Below, in pieces: positions 50,254-61,963 of a DNA stretch of 64,000 bases. The notes beneath the pieces were generated by a model. That model was not told the origin of the DNA, did no database searches, and saw nothing but the letters and a program-made list of their open reading frames with translations. Source of the DNA: Dimorphilus gyrociliatus (lineage: Eukaryota > Animalia > Annelida); the NCBI GenBank assembly GCA_904063045.1, contig CAJFCJ010000009.1, forward strand, positions 290,942 through 354,941, given 5' to 3'. Every line of letters begins with the position of its first letter. The stretch's first letter is position 1. The translations under genes were made by a program, and so were the position numbers.

Positions 50254-53200
50254 ATGATGAACGAAGAGAGAGACTCTAGAAGAACGGAATGGGATAGATT
50301 CCGATATATTGAACCGGAAAGGCAGAATTCTCATGAAATAGTACGAATATTGACGAAAGTTTTGAAATTTCTCTCTTATTTTGTCTTGTTTGCTGCTATT
50401 TTGTTCAGTTCTGTTGCCAGTAAAATTTCCTTTACATGGCTTTCTAGTAGCGTTAAGAATGAAACAATCACTTCCAGAACTGACGAATCGACGACAGCAC
50501 TCATCATAGCACTGGAAGTACCTTACGCTCTAGCCTTTCTTATATCGGCTATTAAGGCCACTTTTGGAGGTGCAAGGAGACCTAACTTTAGTCAGTTAAT
50601 TCAAACAATATTTGTTGATTGTATTCAAGCTGTTGGAGTATGTTTAATTGCTTTTAATATACAAAATATGTTGGATGTCCGCGCATCTGTACTGGTGACA
50701 AGTAACATTTGTCTTTTACCAATCATAGTATCCCTTCTTTTCTCAAAGCCAACTGGATTTTGGAGTAATGGAATCTGGAAAGGTTCTTCCTTTATATTCG
50801 GTTTAATTCAATTGGGCATAACTATATTCTTTGCAATAAAATTTGAAAGTTGGGAAATACCTGTTGGACTAACCTGTTGTACAATTCAATTTTGGCTCAA
50901 TTTTGTTGACTCCGAATCAAAAATTCTCCCAATAAAGCAATCAGCGGAAGAAATGAAAACGAATACAGCACCCTTCTCTGCCCTTTTCAAAGGAATAACT
51001 GTTCTACTTTTCCCTTTCGCATTCTATTCAGATTTTCGATTTTCAACAGTGTCAATTTCAAACTATCCTCTCTTTATCCAAATTGGTTCTAGCCTTGTAG
51101 CTTATTATCTAGCAGTGATATCTTGTAGATTAACGATGCAAAAGTTCGCATTCTCCTTGGCTTTAACTTTATCAACTCCTTTAGCTCTATTGGTGGTTTG
51201 GCTGGATTGTAGACAAGGAATTTTAGAGATATTCCGATCAGATATTCTTTGTAAAGAAGAAATCGACTGGTGGGATTATCTACTCTATGGACTTTCTTGG
51301 ATAGTATTCCTAATGGTTAATTGCCATATTTGGTTTCCGAGTCAATTAAGGATGCAAAAATCTGAACAGTATGATTTTAACATTAAATACTTTATTCTAA
51401 TGTTATATTTTTCAGATTGTTTCTCTTTCCCATGTTCGATTCGCCATTACTCTGTGAAGGTCTTCTTTTAAACAGGAGAAGATTCGATAATCATCCTGAT
51501 TTAATTAAAGACTTTTGTATTCCTAAAATTTTTGCTTGTGCAACAGTCTGGCACGAAACGAAACAGGAAATGACTCAGCTTTTAAAATCTATCTTCAGAA
51601 TGGATATGGATTACTCAGCGAGAAAGAAAACTAAAGAAATATTTGGCATAGACAATCCGGATCTTTATGAATTTCAAAGTAAGATTTTTATTGAAATGGC
51701 TAACATCATCTATTGTTGCTTTCTATCCCTTAGCTGAAATTTTCTTTGATGACGCCATGGAATTAAATGAGAACGATGAAGTTATTTTTAATAACTATGT
51801 TCATAGATTCCTCCAATCTATTAATGAAGCGGCAAGTTCAGTCCATCAGGAGGAGGTAGAATTTGAACATCCAGCTAGGATAATTACGCCGTATGGAGGA
51901 AGGCTAGAATGGTGTTTGCCAGGAGGTTCAAGATTAACAGTTCATCTTAAAGATAGCACTAAATTTAGAAAAAATAAAAGATGGTCTCAATGCATGTACA
52001 TCTATTACCTTCTGGGGTTTAGAAAGCTAGACGAACAGGAAGCGGATCAAACCTATATTCTTGCCTTGGACGGTGATGTTGATTTCCAACCCGAAGCAGT
52101 TCGAGTTCTGCTAGATAAAATGAAAAGCAACCCAAAAGTTGGAGCGGCTTGCGGTAGAATCCATCCAATCGGAAAAGGTCCTGTCATTTGGTATCAGAAG
52201 TTTGAATATGCTATTGGCCATTGGCTTCAAAAAGCTGCTGAGCACGTGTACGGTTGTGTCTTATGTTCCCCCGGATGTTTTTCATTGTTTCGAGGTAGTG
52301 CACTTATGGATGATAACGTTGCTCGACGCTATGCAATAACTTGTACATCGGCCAGCGAGTTTGTTCAATTCGATCAAGGAGAAGATAGATGGCTCTGTAC
52401 GCTACTCCTTCAACAGGGTTACAAGGTGGAATACTGCGCCGTTGCCGATGCTTTAACCTATGCCCCTCAATCGTTTGCCGAATTCTATAACCAGAGACGA
52501 AGATGGGTTCCTTCAACAATGTTCAATTTAATGGATATTCTCTCGTCGTGTCGAACGACTGTTGCAAAGAATGATAACTTCAGCTATTTATTCGTAGCCT
52601 ATCAATTTCTCTTGTTCATTTCGAGCATCCTTGGACCAGCAACAATTCTCATGATGATCGCTGGTGCCTATAATGCAGTTTTAAATATAGATTTGTGGCA
52701 AAGTTATCTATTAAGCATAGGTCCAGCAATATTTTACTTGGCTGTTTGTCTTGTGCTTAAACCAGATATACAACTTAAAGTTTCAGCCGTTTTTAGCGCT
52801 CTATATGCAATAGTTATGACCATTGTTACCATTGGAACAATCGTAACAGCCGTTCAAGATTCTTGGTCGTCTCCCAACGTTGTATTCGTACTTGCCCTTG
52901 CAGGATTTTTCATTATCACAGCTCTGATGCATCCTCAAGAAATATTCTGTATTGTTCATGGACTCCTCTACTATTTATGTATACCCTCTGGATATTTATT
53001 ATTGCCTATCTACGCCCTTTGTAATTTGAATATAATATCTTGGGGAACGAGAGAAGAAGCAGAAGAATCTGAAGATGAAGCTCGTAAGAGATATAAAGTC
53101 TCGAGAAAATATGATGATGGATGGATTCATGACAAATACATCAATTTTGGTATAATGAAAGAATTGAGCACTGAAGAAGTGTTCTTCTGGAAACAATTGA

Positions 53201-53823
53201 AAGAACATTACCTACATCCTTTAAATTTATCTGAGAAGGAAAAATCAAAAATGGAAAAAGACCTTAAGAATCTAAGGAATAGTATGGTTCTTGGATTTGT
53301 TATGCTTAACACTTTGTGGATGGTAGTCATTTTCCAACTACAACTCCTTAAGGAAGCTTTAGAAGATTTCTTTTTTATAACTATTCCACGTTCGGATGAT
53401 GAGATGCCTGAAAATTTTGAACCTATTGGCCTCTTATCCTTATCGTTGTTCACCCTTATCCTACTGCTACAGTTTATTGCTTCAGTAATTCACAGATGCG
53501 AAACGTTCCTACATCTATTAAGTATAACTCAAATCCAATGGCCTTGGTCTACTAAAACCGAACTGGATTCTGAAGAAACACTCAACTTATGTAAAAGACT
53601 ACAAGCTCTTAATTATACACCTGAACACACAAGAATCGAAAACCATAAATCGTCTATTGCTGCCAGAAGAAAGAGATTTAGACAACGAAGAAAGATTGAT
53701 CAAGACTTTTTCGAAGAAAGATTTAAGAGGCATTACAACAGGTGGCTAAATACTACACTAACGGCGAAAAACTTTAGAGAAATACAGAATTTCAACAGTA
53801 TTCATATAGGCCTACAGCAATAG
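50254..53823 (+). CDS. CHS: Chitin synthase (GT2), 3 exons (50254-51368, 51416-51678, 51734-53823), 1155 aa
   Basis: CATVWHET, LDGDVD, GAACGRIHP, WYQKFEYAIGHW, CSPGCFSLFR, QGEDRW, QRRRW, SWGTRE; introns are phase-consistent. Confidence 0.96.
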
Positions 53824-54357
53824 AAGAGAAAACAAAAAACAGAAAAAGACAAGCTACCCTTGGGTTTTTTTTTTAATTTTTTTCCTTCGGCTTAAAAAGG
53901 TTTACTAAAAGAAATACTAAAAGGTTTAGCAAATAAAAGAATGAATGAATGAATGAAAGAAAAAGATTAACGAAATATCTCCCACCTTTCCAACTGTTTT
54001 CTTTTATTTCTAACATTTATACAGTGTATACTTTATAACAGTACTTTTATCCGGATTAAAGGATAAAATATAAGCGGCGTAAAAGCGAAAGTGTCATCAT
54101 CATCGTATTAATGATTTTCTAGATTAAATAACAAACATCTTTTACTCAATTTAATGTTTTTATCATTATTTTCAACCAAAAAGTTTCAAATATAATAAAC
54201 AAATTCAGAGAACCAAATATAAATAAAGAATATTCAAGAAACTTTTGAAAATCATGAGAGAAATAAAGACAAAATTATCTTCTATCTAATCTTCTCTCTT
54301 CTTTTGGAAGACATTAGGGATTAATGATCATTAATAATATCACTTTTTTCTTTTAAT

Positions 54358-56143
54358 TTATCCACCCATAACATTCTTATTTGTTGGCTTCATATAGTAA
54401 TAATATAGATATTTCGACCTCATGTAGGCGTATTGTATGTCGGAAGAAACGGAAGAGCATACAGCAGAATTCTTCGTAACTCGACAATAAATAAACGATC
54501 CTGCGCATACCATCACAACAGCCGCAATAACGAACAATACCAGTAAGAGAGCATTTGATATCCATTCTTCTATTAAATGAATTTATTAACAAATAAGCTT
54601 ACGTTATTAATTATAAAGAAAAAGCATACCTTGTCTTTGTATTTCCTCCCATCGTTCATTTTGGAGTACTTCCCTCCTAATCTTTTCCGATTTTGAACCT
54701 ATGATAAAATCCTAATAAACATAGCTCATAGCTGAGGAGGATCACTTACGAATGTCATCTAAATTTTCTTGTCCATTAGCCTTTCGTCGATTTCTGAGTT
54801 CTGTTTCCATTCCAGCTGCGCTCTCGTCATCGACTTCGATATGCTTGACCTTTTCCAAGGTTTCTGAATATTGTTGCTTTCCAACTTCTCCATAAATACA
54901 TGTGAAAAAGTCCAAACTCTTTACAGTAATTTGATGTTGGTCACCAAATATCTGCTGACGTAATTTGGTTGCCTGAAGATAGAATTCGGATATAAGAGGC
55001 GCATATAAACTTAACTACATAATGAATTATTAAAGAAAACAATATTGTACCTTTCCTTGATATTCTAATGCGAGATACGGTTGTTTCTTCTCAAGACATA
55101 ATCGGGCAAGATGTTCGTACTCCTCCGCTCTAATCGCATCAGGTTTATCTTCATCCGTTGTTCTATTATCTGTATTCGTCCTATTACGCTCTAGAAAACG
55201 AATAGAGTATGTGTAAAACATCACAAAGCCATTAATAGATGAAGAAATTAAGCGTTTTGACAACCTAATTGTGTCTGCAATTGCGCCGTATCAACGAGGG
55301 CTGTTTCGTAAAAGAGCTTTTCAGCCTGAACAAACTGTACTGCTTTTTCGTCTTAAAGGCAAATAGTAAGAAGAAACGATATTTTTTGATCAATATAATC
55401 GATTATACGACATAACATTATAGAACTCTATTATATATACTTACATTCTCCTTTCTCAGCAAAAATGCCCGCTACCTGTCCAATACAAACAATTCGAATG
55501 TTAGATAGAGTACGAATTATTACTACTTAATAAGTTATTTAAAAATGAGACCTTACTTCATGCAAACATTCAGCCAATGAATCGAATCCATCCTGATCAT
55601 CTAATCTTGATAAGCAGGCAAGAAAACATTTTAATGAAATATCCCTTTCCTTATTCTCCGACCATTTTTTGCCTCTCATAAATAACCTTTCCCGTTGAAA
55701 TCTTGATAATTTACAGTTTTCAATCGATGATAAATAAAGCTCTTCTGTGTTTTCAATACAATAACGACAAAAAAACCCATTTAATATCGTTTTAATAAAA
55801 GAAGTGATTGGAAATTTTATTAGATCAAGTTAATACCTTCTTCTACTGTTGTTATTTCAAAATCGTCCTCGTTTTCGTCTTCTTCAAGAATACTATTCGC
55901 TTCTCTATGACCATCGATATCAGAATCGAATCTTGCTCTCTTCTTTCTTCTAGATAATCTTCCTTCATCTTGAGTCGTAACTGCACTATCCGTTGCTTCG
56001 TCATAAATTTCGCCAACATTAACTTCAAGTGCTTCTCTACCAGTTTTACCTGTCTTCTTCTTCTTCCTTTTTTGTTTGACTATGTGAGGACTTGATGGAA
56101 TATTCGCGGCTAATTCATCTTCATTCTCCTCTCCCATCGTCAT
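54358..56143 (-). CDS. CNST: Consortin-like protein (N-terminal helical block plus C-terminal transmembrane anchor), multi-exon
   Basis: LAECLHEVAGIFAEKGEYEKAVQFVQAEKLFYETAL resembles consortin (…EDYEKAMKFIQLERLYHE…); the last exon LLLVLFVIAAVVMVCAGSFIYC…SAVCSSVSSDIQYAY resembles the consortin C-terminus. Confidence 0.75.
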
Positions 56144-56773
56144 TATTCCACAATTCAATTGTATTATAAACACCACCTAAACTAAGTACGAATCATATTC
56201 CATAGACAAATGCACAGACGTCACGTAAAATTCAGAAATATTAGACAGGGGCGACACCTACTTAATTAAAAACTTTCAACCTAATCATGAATGAAAGAAA
56301 TAGTATAAATAAAAAATTAACAAAATCACAATATATGTTTCATCCTTATTCGAAGACTTTCAAATATATATATATATATATAAGATTAATGAATTGTATT
56401 TATTCTAACCTACATAATACTTGTACAACTAGACATGTTCAGACAAGCTCCCACTATGCTAATTCTTCCTTTTATTCCTCTCACTTATAGTAATCCTTAT
56501 TCTGTCGCATTCTTCTTCGACACAATTGATTGTATTTTAAGGCAACTACTACATACTGACATATATTTCATCATTATTTGAAATTTATAATTAAGCTCTA
56601 TTAATATTCATAAGCATAGAAAAATTAATTAACGAATTTTTAATTAATATAATTGTTTTGAGTCAGAATGTTTAAAAATTCAAAATTTGAAATCGAACCA
56701 AAAGGGGAGAGAGGAAAGAAAGAGAGTTAAAGAAAACTAGATTACTAATATTAGACCTAAATTAGTTAAGGAA

Positions 56774-58603
56774 ATGGTTGATAGGGAAGACACTAGTGCT
56801 AGGGAGTTCTTGGAGATGTCTGAAAATCTAAATGAATTTAGAAAAAATAGAATTTTATGCGATACAGTAGTTTATACAGACGATAAAGAATTCCATGTTC
56901 ACAGAGTAGTCCTAGCAGCCTCTAGTCCATATTTTAGAGCTCTTTTTACAAATGGTTTAAAAGAAACTGAACAGTATCAAGTACGATTGAAAACTGTAGA
57001 ATCAAAATCTTTTTATTACGTTCTTGAATACATGTATAATAAACATGTAGATATCAATAGCGATATAGCCATGATGGTTCTACCAGTTGCAGATAGTCTA
57101 TTAGTTTCCGGTTTATCAGAATTATGTACAAAAGTTATCGAATCTCAATTAAATTTGTTTAATTGCGTAGATATTTGGCGATTTGCCGAATCGTACTCCT
57201 GTTTATTATTATCTTCAACTGCAAAGAGATACATTCTGCATCGTTTTAAAGAATTCTCCGAAACTGATGATTTTAATGAGCTAAGACTGCAAGAAGTAGT
57301 TAGCTTGATAAAAAATGATGAATTGTATATAGATACAGAAGATTCTGTTTTTAAAGCAACTATAAAATGGGTTTCTCATAAAAGAGACGAACGAGAAAGT
57401 AATTTTCATGAACTCGTTATTAATATCCGTCTGCCCCTGTGTTCGATAAATTTCGTACAGGCCATACTAAACGATGATTTAGTCCAAAAGAACAAGTCTT
57501 TGATTAATTACATAAACAATATTATGGAAATGTCCGACTCAAAGACACAATTAATTAAAACAAGACTACCTCGAGATGTTTTATTCTGTATTGGTGGTTG
57601 GAGTGGAGGTAGTCCAATTGCTAACTTTGAAACGTATGACTCCTCGGCAGATAGGTGGATCAGTCATCCAGATTTGAATGATGCTTCGCCAAGAGCATAT
57701 CATGGAATGATTTCTTTTGATGGTAAATTATACATGATTGGAGGATTTGATGGAAGTAATTATTACAATACTGTTAGAGTTTTTGATCCAGTTAATTTGA
57801 GGTGGTATCAGGCGGCTCCAATGCATCACCAACGCTGCTACGTTGCAACTTCACTTCTTGATGATAGTCTCTATGCATGTGGTGGCTATGACGGTAGATG
57901 GCGCCTGCAAACAGCAGAAAAGTATGATCCATACAGTAATCAATGGAGCTTGATAAGTTCAATGATTAATAGAAGATCCGATGCTGGAAGTGATACTTTT
58001 CAAGGAAAGTTAATTATAGTTGGTGGGTTTGATGGAGAAAATTGTCTCAATACGGCTGAAATGTATGACCCTTCAACAAATCAGTGGACACTATTACCAC
58101 CACTCTGTCAGAGTAGAAGTGGTGTTAGCTTAGTTAATTTTCACAATACTCTCTATGCCTTGGGTGGCTTCGACGGAGAGAGAAGACTAAGGTGTGGAGA
58201 GAAATTTGACGAGGACAACAGAAAATGGGAGAAAATTCCATCAATGAAAATTGCCCGTTCAAATTTTGCTGCTACTATTTTACATGATGCAATTTATGTT
58301 ATTGGTGGATTTGACGGCAGTCACACAATTTCTATGGTTGAAAAATACTGTCCCCATTCCAATGAATGGCTTAAAACAAGTTCCATGAACATAAACAGAT
58401 CAGCCTTAAAAGTTTGCTCTGTTAGAAATATACCAAATATCAGCTATTATAGTTATAATGGCTATCCTATGGGTTTTGGTGATACGTCTAACAATGACAG
58501 TTCAAACTTTAATAGATCTTCTTCCGATTTATACTCAGTTACATCAGAACCAACGGAAACTTCTGAAATTGATAACGAAGAAAATATGATGGATGAAGAA
58601 TGA
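56774..58603 (+). CDS. KLHL10: Kelch-like protein 10 (BTB-BACK-6 Kelch); intronless
   Basis: BTB VHRVVLAASSPYFRALF; RDVLFCIGGWSGGSP; PRAYHG; GGFDG repeats; RRSDAG. Confidence 0.9.
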   Translation: MVDREDTSAREFLEMSENLNEFRKNRILCDTVVYTDDKEFHVHRVVLAASSPYFRALFTNGLKETEQYQVRLKTVESKSFYYVLEYMYNKHVDINSDIAMMVLPVADSLLVSGLSELCTKVIESQLNLFNCVDIWRFAESYSCLLLSSTAKRYILHRFKEFSETDDFNELRLQEVVSLIKNDELYIDTEDSVFKATIKWVSHKRDERESNFHELVINIRLPLCSINFVQAILNDDLVQKNKSLINYINNIMEMSDSKTQLIKTRLPRDVLFCIGGWSGGSPIANFETYDSSADRWISHPDLNDASPRAYHGMISFDGKLYMIGGFDGSNYYNTVRVFDPVNLRWYQAAPMHHQRCYVATSLLDDSLYACGGYDGRWRLQTAEKYDPYSNQWSLISSMINRRSDAGSDTFQGKLIIVGGFDGENCLNTAEMYDPSTNQWTLLPPLCQSRSGVSLVNFHNTLYALGGFDGERRLRCGEKFDEDNRKWEKIPSMKIARSNFAATILHDAIYVIGGFDGSHTISMVEKYCPHSNEWLKTSSMNINRSALKVCSVRNIPNISYYSYNGYPMGFGDTSNNDSSNFNRSSSDLYSVTSEPTETSEIDNEENMMDEE

Positions 58604-58949
58604 AATCATCCAATATTTAAAACTTTTTACCTCTATGTTCTACCGTCGTCTTTCGCAATTGTCCTGTGGTACTTTTATATGTAAAGTTATCTGTGAGAAA
58701 TATAATAAAATAGAATATTACTTAATAAAAAAAAAGTCCTTTAAAAAGAACTCATGTAAAATTTTATTATTTGATTAAAGTACTTTGCTACCACGTTAAA
58801 TAAAAAGACTGTTCGAGGTAAAAGAATCTGTAAGTTTCAAATTAAGGTTTACGGTGTCCAACACAGCGGAAGCTAGTTCGATAATACGAATATAACTCTG
58901 AACGGAAATAGATGTTTTTATAAATTTAATATTTTTCTTTTATTAGAAA

Positions 58950-60236
58950 ATGTCACTTCTAACTTCTCGAAGTGAAGTATCAAGGTGCCTTCTAAATGAA
59001 GAACTAGATCTAAGTCTTTTGAAGCCTTTAACAACGGAAAATGAGGCAGAGAGCGATAATAAACCTCCTGAAGATACCAACAGCTGCGATGATTTTGAAA
59101 TGCAAACCTTCTCAGACAGTTCTACTGATGAAGAAGCTGATAAATACAATGAATATTACTTTGAATCCGACGCGTTAGTTTACAGAGACTGTAAAGATTA
59201 TCGGAAATTGTTATCTACGATGGCTATTCTAGAAGCTCAAAAAGTTCAAGCTCTTAAAGACATTGACTATCTTGCTAATTTGAAGCGGAAAGCTATTGAA
59301 AACCCAACTGATTTTTGTAAGGAGTTGCAGAAAGAATCTATAAAAATACCCAAATTTCAAAATATCTGGAAAGTGCCTAAAATTGAATGGAGCAAATATG
59401 AAACTAGCCTTGAGGAGGACCGTATCAGAGAGAAATTTGAAATGGAGGAGAGAACTAAAGAAAAAGAGAGGATTTTCTTAGAGCGAGAAGGTCATGTTGC
59501 TACAAAAGAAGAGGTAAACGAGGAGGAGGAAAGTGATGATTCGAAGCAAAAAACAGTCTCCTATAAACAACCATGGACTGAATTAGAGCAAAGGAAATTA
59601 GAAGAACTGTTAACTATATATCCATCAGAAGAAGTAGAAGCCAGAAGATGGGAAAAAATTGCTCGAGCCTTGGGCAATAGAACAACCCTGCAAGTTCAAT
59701 CAAGAGTTCAAAAATATTTTATCAAATTAGCTAAATCAGGTTTACCAATTCCAGGAAGAGTTCCTAATGTAACGAATACGTTTAGAAAAATTAAACCAAG
59801 GGCTAAATTTCTACAACAAGCCTTAAATTTAAATTCAACTTTTATGACATCCTACCAACTACCTCCAGCTTTGAAAAATGAACCCTTCAGTCAATCTGTT
59901 AAGGATGAACCAGATAGAGAAATTGCAAGCGAGACTGAAACTTCAAAAGAATCTACAACTAGTAAAAAGGAAGAAAATGAATTAAATAACTTAATAAAAC
60001 TAAAAGAAAACATTCTGAAAGAAGTACGAAAGAACAACGATTCAGTTCACCGAGGTTATGAATGTAGCAAATGTAAACAGAATCCTATTCGAGGGGTTCG
60101 ATGGAGCTGTAAGGATTGTTCACCATCACAAAATGTTAATTTGTGTTCAACTTGTGCTAACGATGTATACGAGACGCCGTCACATAGCATTTTTCACTCT
60201 TTTGACGAAATCTTATTTCCTCTTCAGATCAAATAA
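58950..60236 (+). CDS. ZZZ3: ZZ-type zinc finger protein 3 (SANT/Myb + ZZ); CDS intronless
   Basis: WTELEQRKLEELL…RRWEKIARALGNRTTLQVQSRVQKYFIKLAKSGLPIPGR; HRGYECSKCKQNPIRGVRWSCKDC. Confidence 0.93.
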   Translation: MSLLTSRSEVSRCLLNEELDLSLLKPLTTENEAESDNKPPEDTNSCDDFEMQTFSDSSTDEEADKYNEYYFESDALVYRDCKDYRKLLSTMAILEAQKVQALKDIDYLANLKRKAIENPTDFCKELQKESIKIPKFQNIWKVPKIEWSKYETSLEEDRIREKFEMEERTKEKERIFLEREGHVATKEEVNEEEESDDSKQKTVSYKQPWTELEQRKLEELLTIYPSEEVEARRWEKIARALGNRTTLQVQSRVQKYFIKLAKSGLPIPGRVPNVTNTFRKIKPRAKFLQQALNLNSTFMTSYQLPPALKNEPFSQSVKDEPDREIASETETSKESTTSKKEENELNNLIKLKENILKEVRKNNDSVHRGYECSKCKQNPIRGVRWSCKDCSPSQNVNLCSTCANDVYETPSHSIFHSFDEILFPLQIK

Positions 60237-60346
60237 TTACTCACAAAAAATAAGTATTTATACTCTAATCTTAGTGCTTGAATAAAATTCTTTTCTTGAT
60301 TCCAAAATTGTAAAAAATCTTTTTCGAAAGTACAATTATTTTATAA

Positions 60347-60360
60347 CCAGTAGGTGGCGT
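60347..60360 (+). promoter_or_regulatory. CTCF consensus-like motif CCAGTAGGTGGCGT
   Basis: Exact match to CCASYAGRKGGCR, lying between ZZZ3 and SREK1IP1, ~110 nt before the ATG. Confidence 0.5.
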
Positions 60361-60468
60361 ATCTGAACGCATGCGCAGATTGATTTTCAGGTGACTTCCG
60401 GCGGTATAAGAAAACTACCGGGCAATATTTTGTTTTTAAACATTAAATTTTAAAGATAATTTATTCAC

Positions 60469-61691
<1,223 letters not shown>

Positions 61692-61963
61692 TTTAATTTA
61701 TTAAATTTATTACAATTTTGAAAAGGAAAGCAAACACAACATATTGTTAAACATGGAGTCAATTGTTATTATTTAATGACAATTGTTTTCATATCATAAG
61801 TCATTGATGACATAAATACTATTGTTATAGTTTATTATTGTTGTCTACTCGAAGGTAAAACAAGCGTCACTTAGTCATTAGTTCATTTCTCTTATCAAAA
61901 TTACCATCAAAGTTTAGTCCATTTGTTAATAATTAATAATTTTGTAATTGATTTTGTTAACTT

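Noticed and set aside
58830-58950. Acceptor-like sequences just before several ATGs (ZZZ3, MMD, the PLP enzyme), suggesting trans-splicing or operons
   Set aside because: For ZZZ3 a normal donor GTAAGT at 58830 explains it as a 5' UTR intron; there is no evidence for a spliced leader in the window
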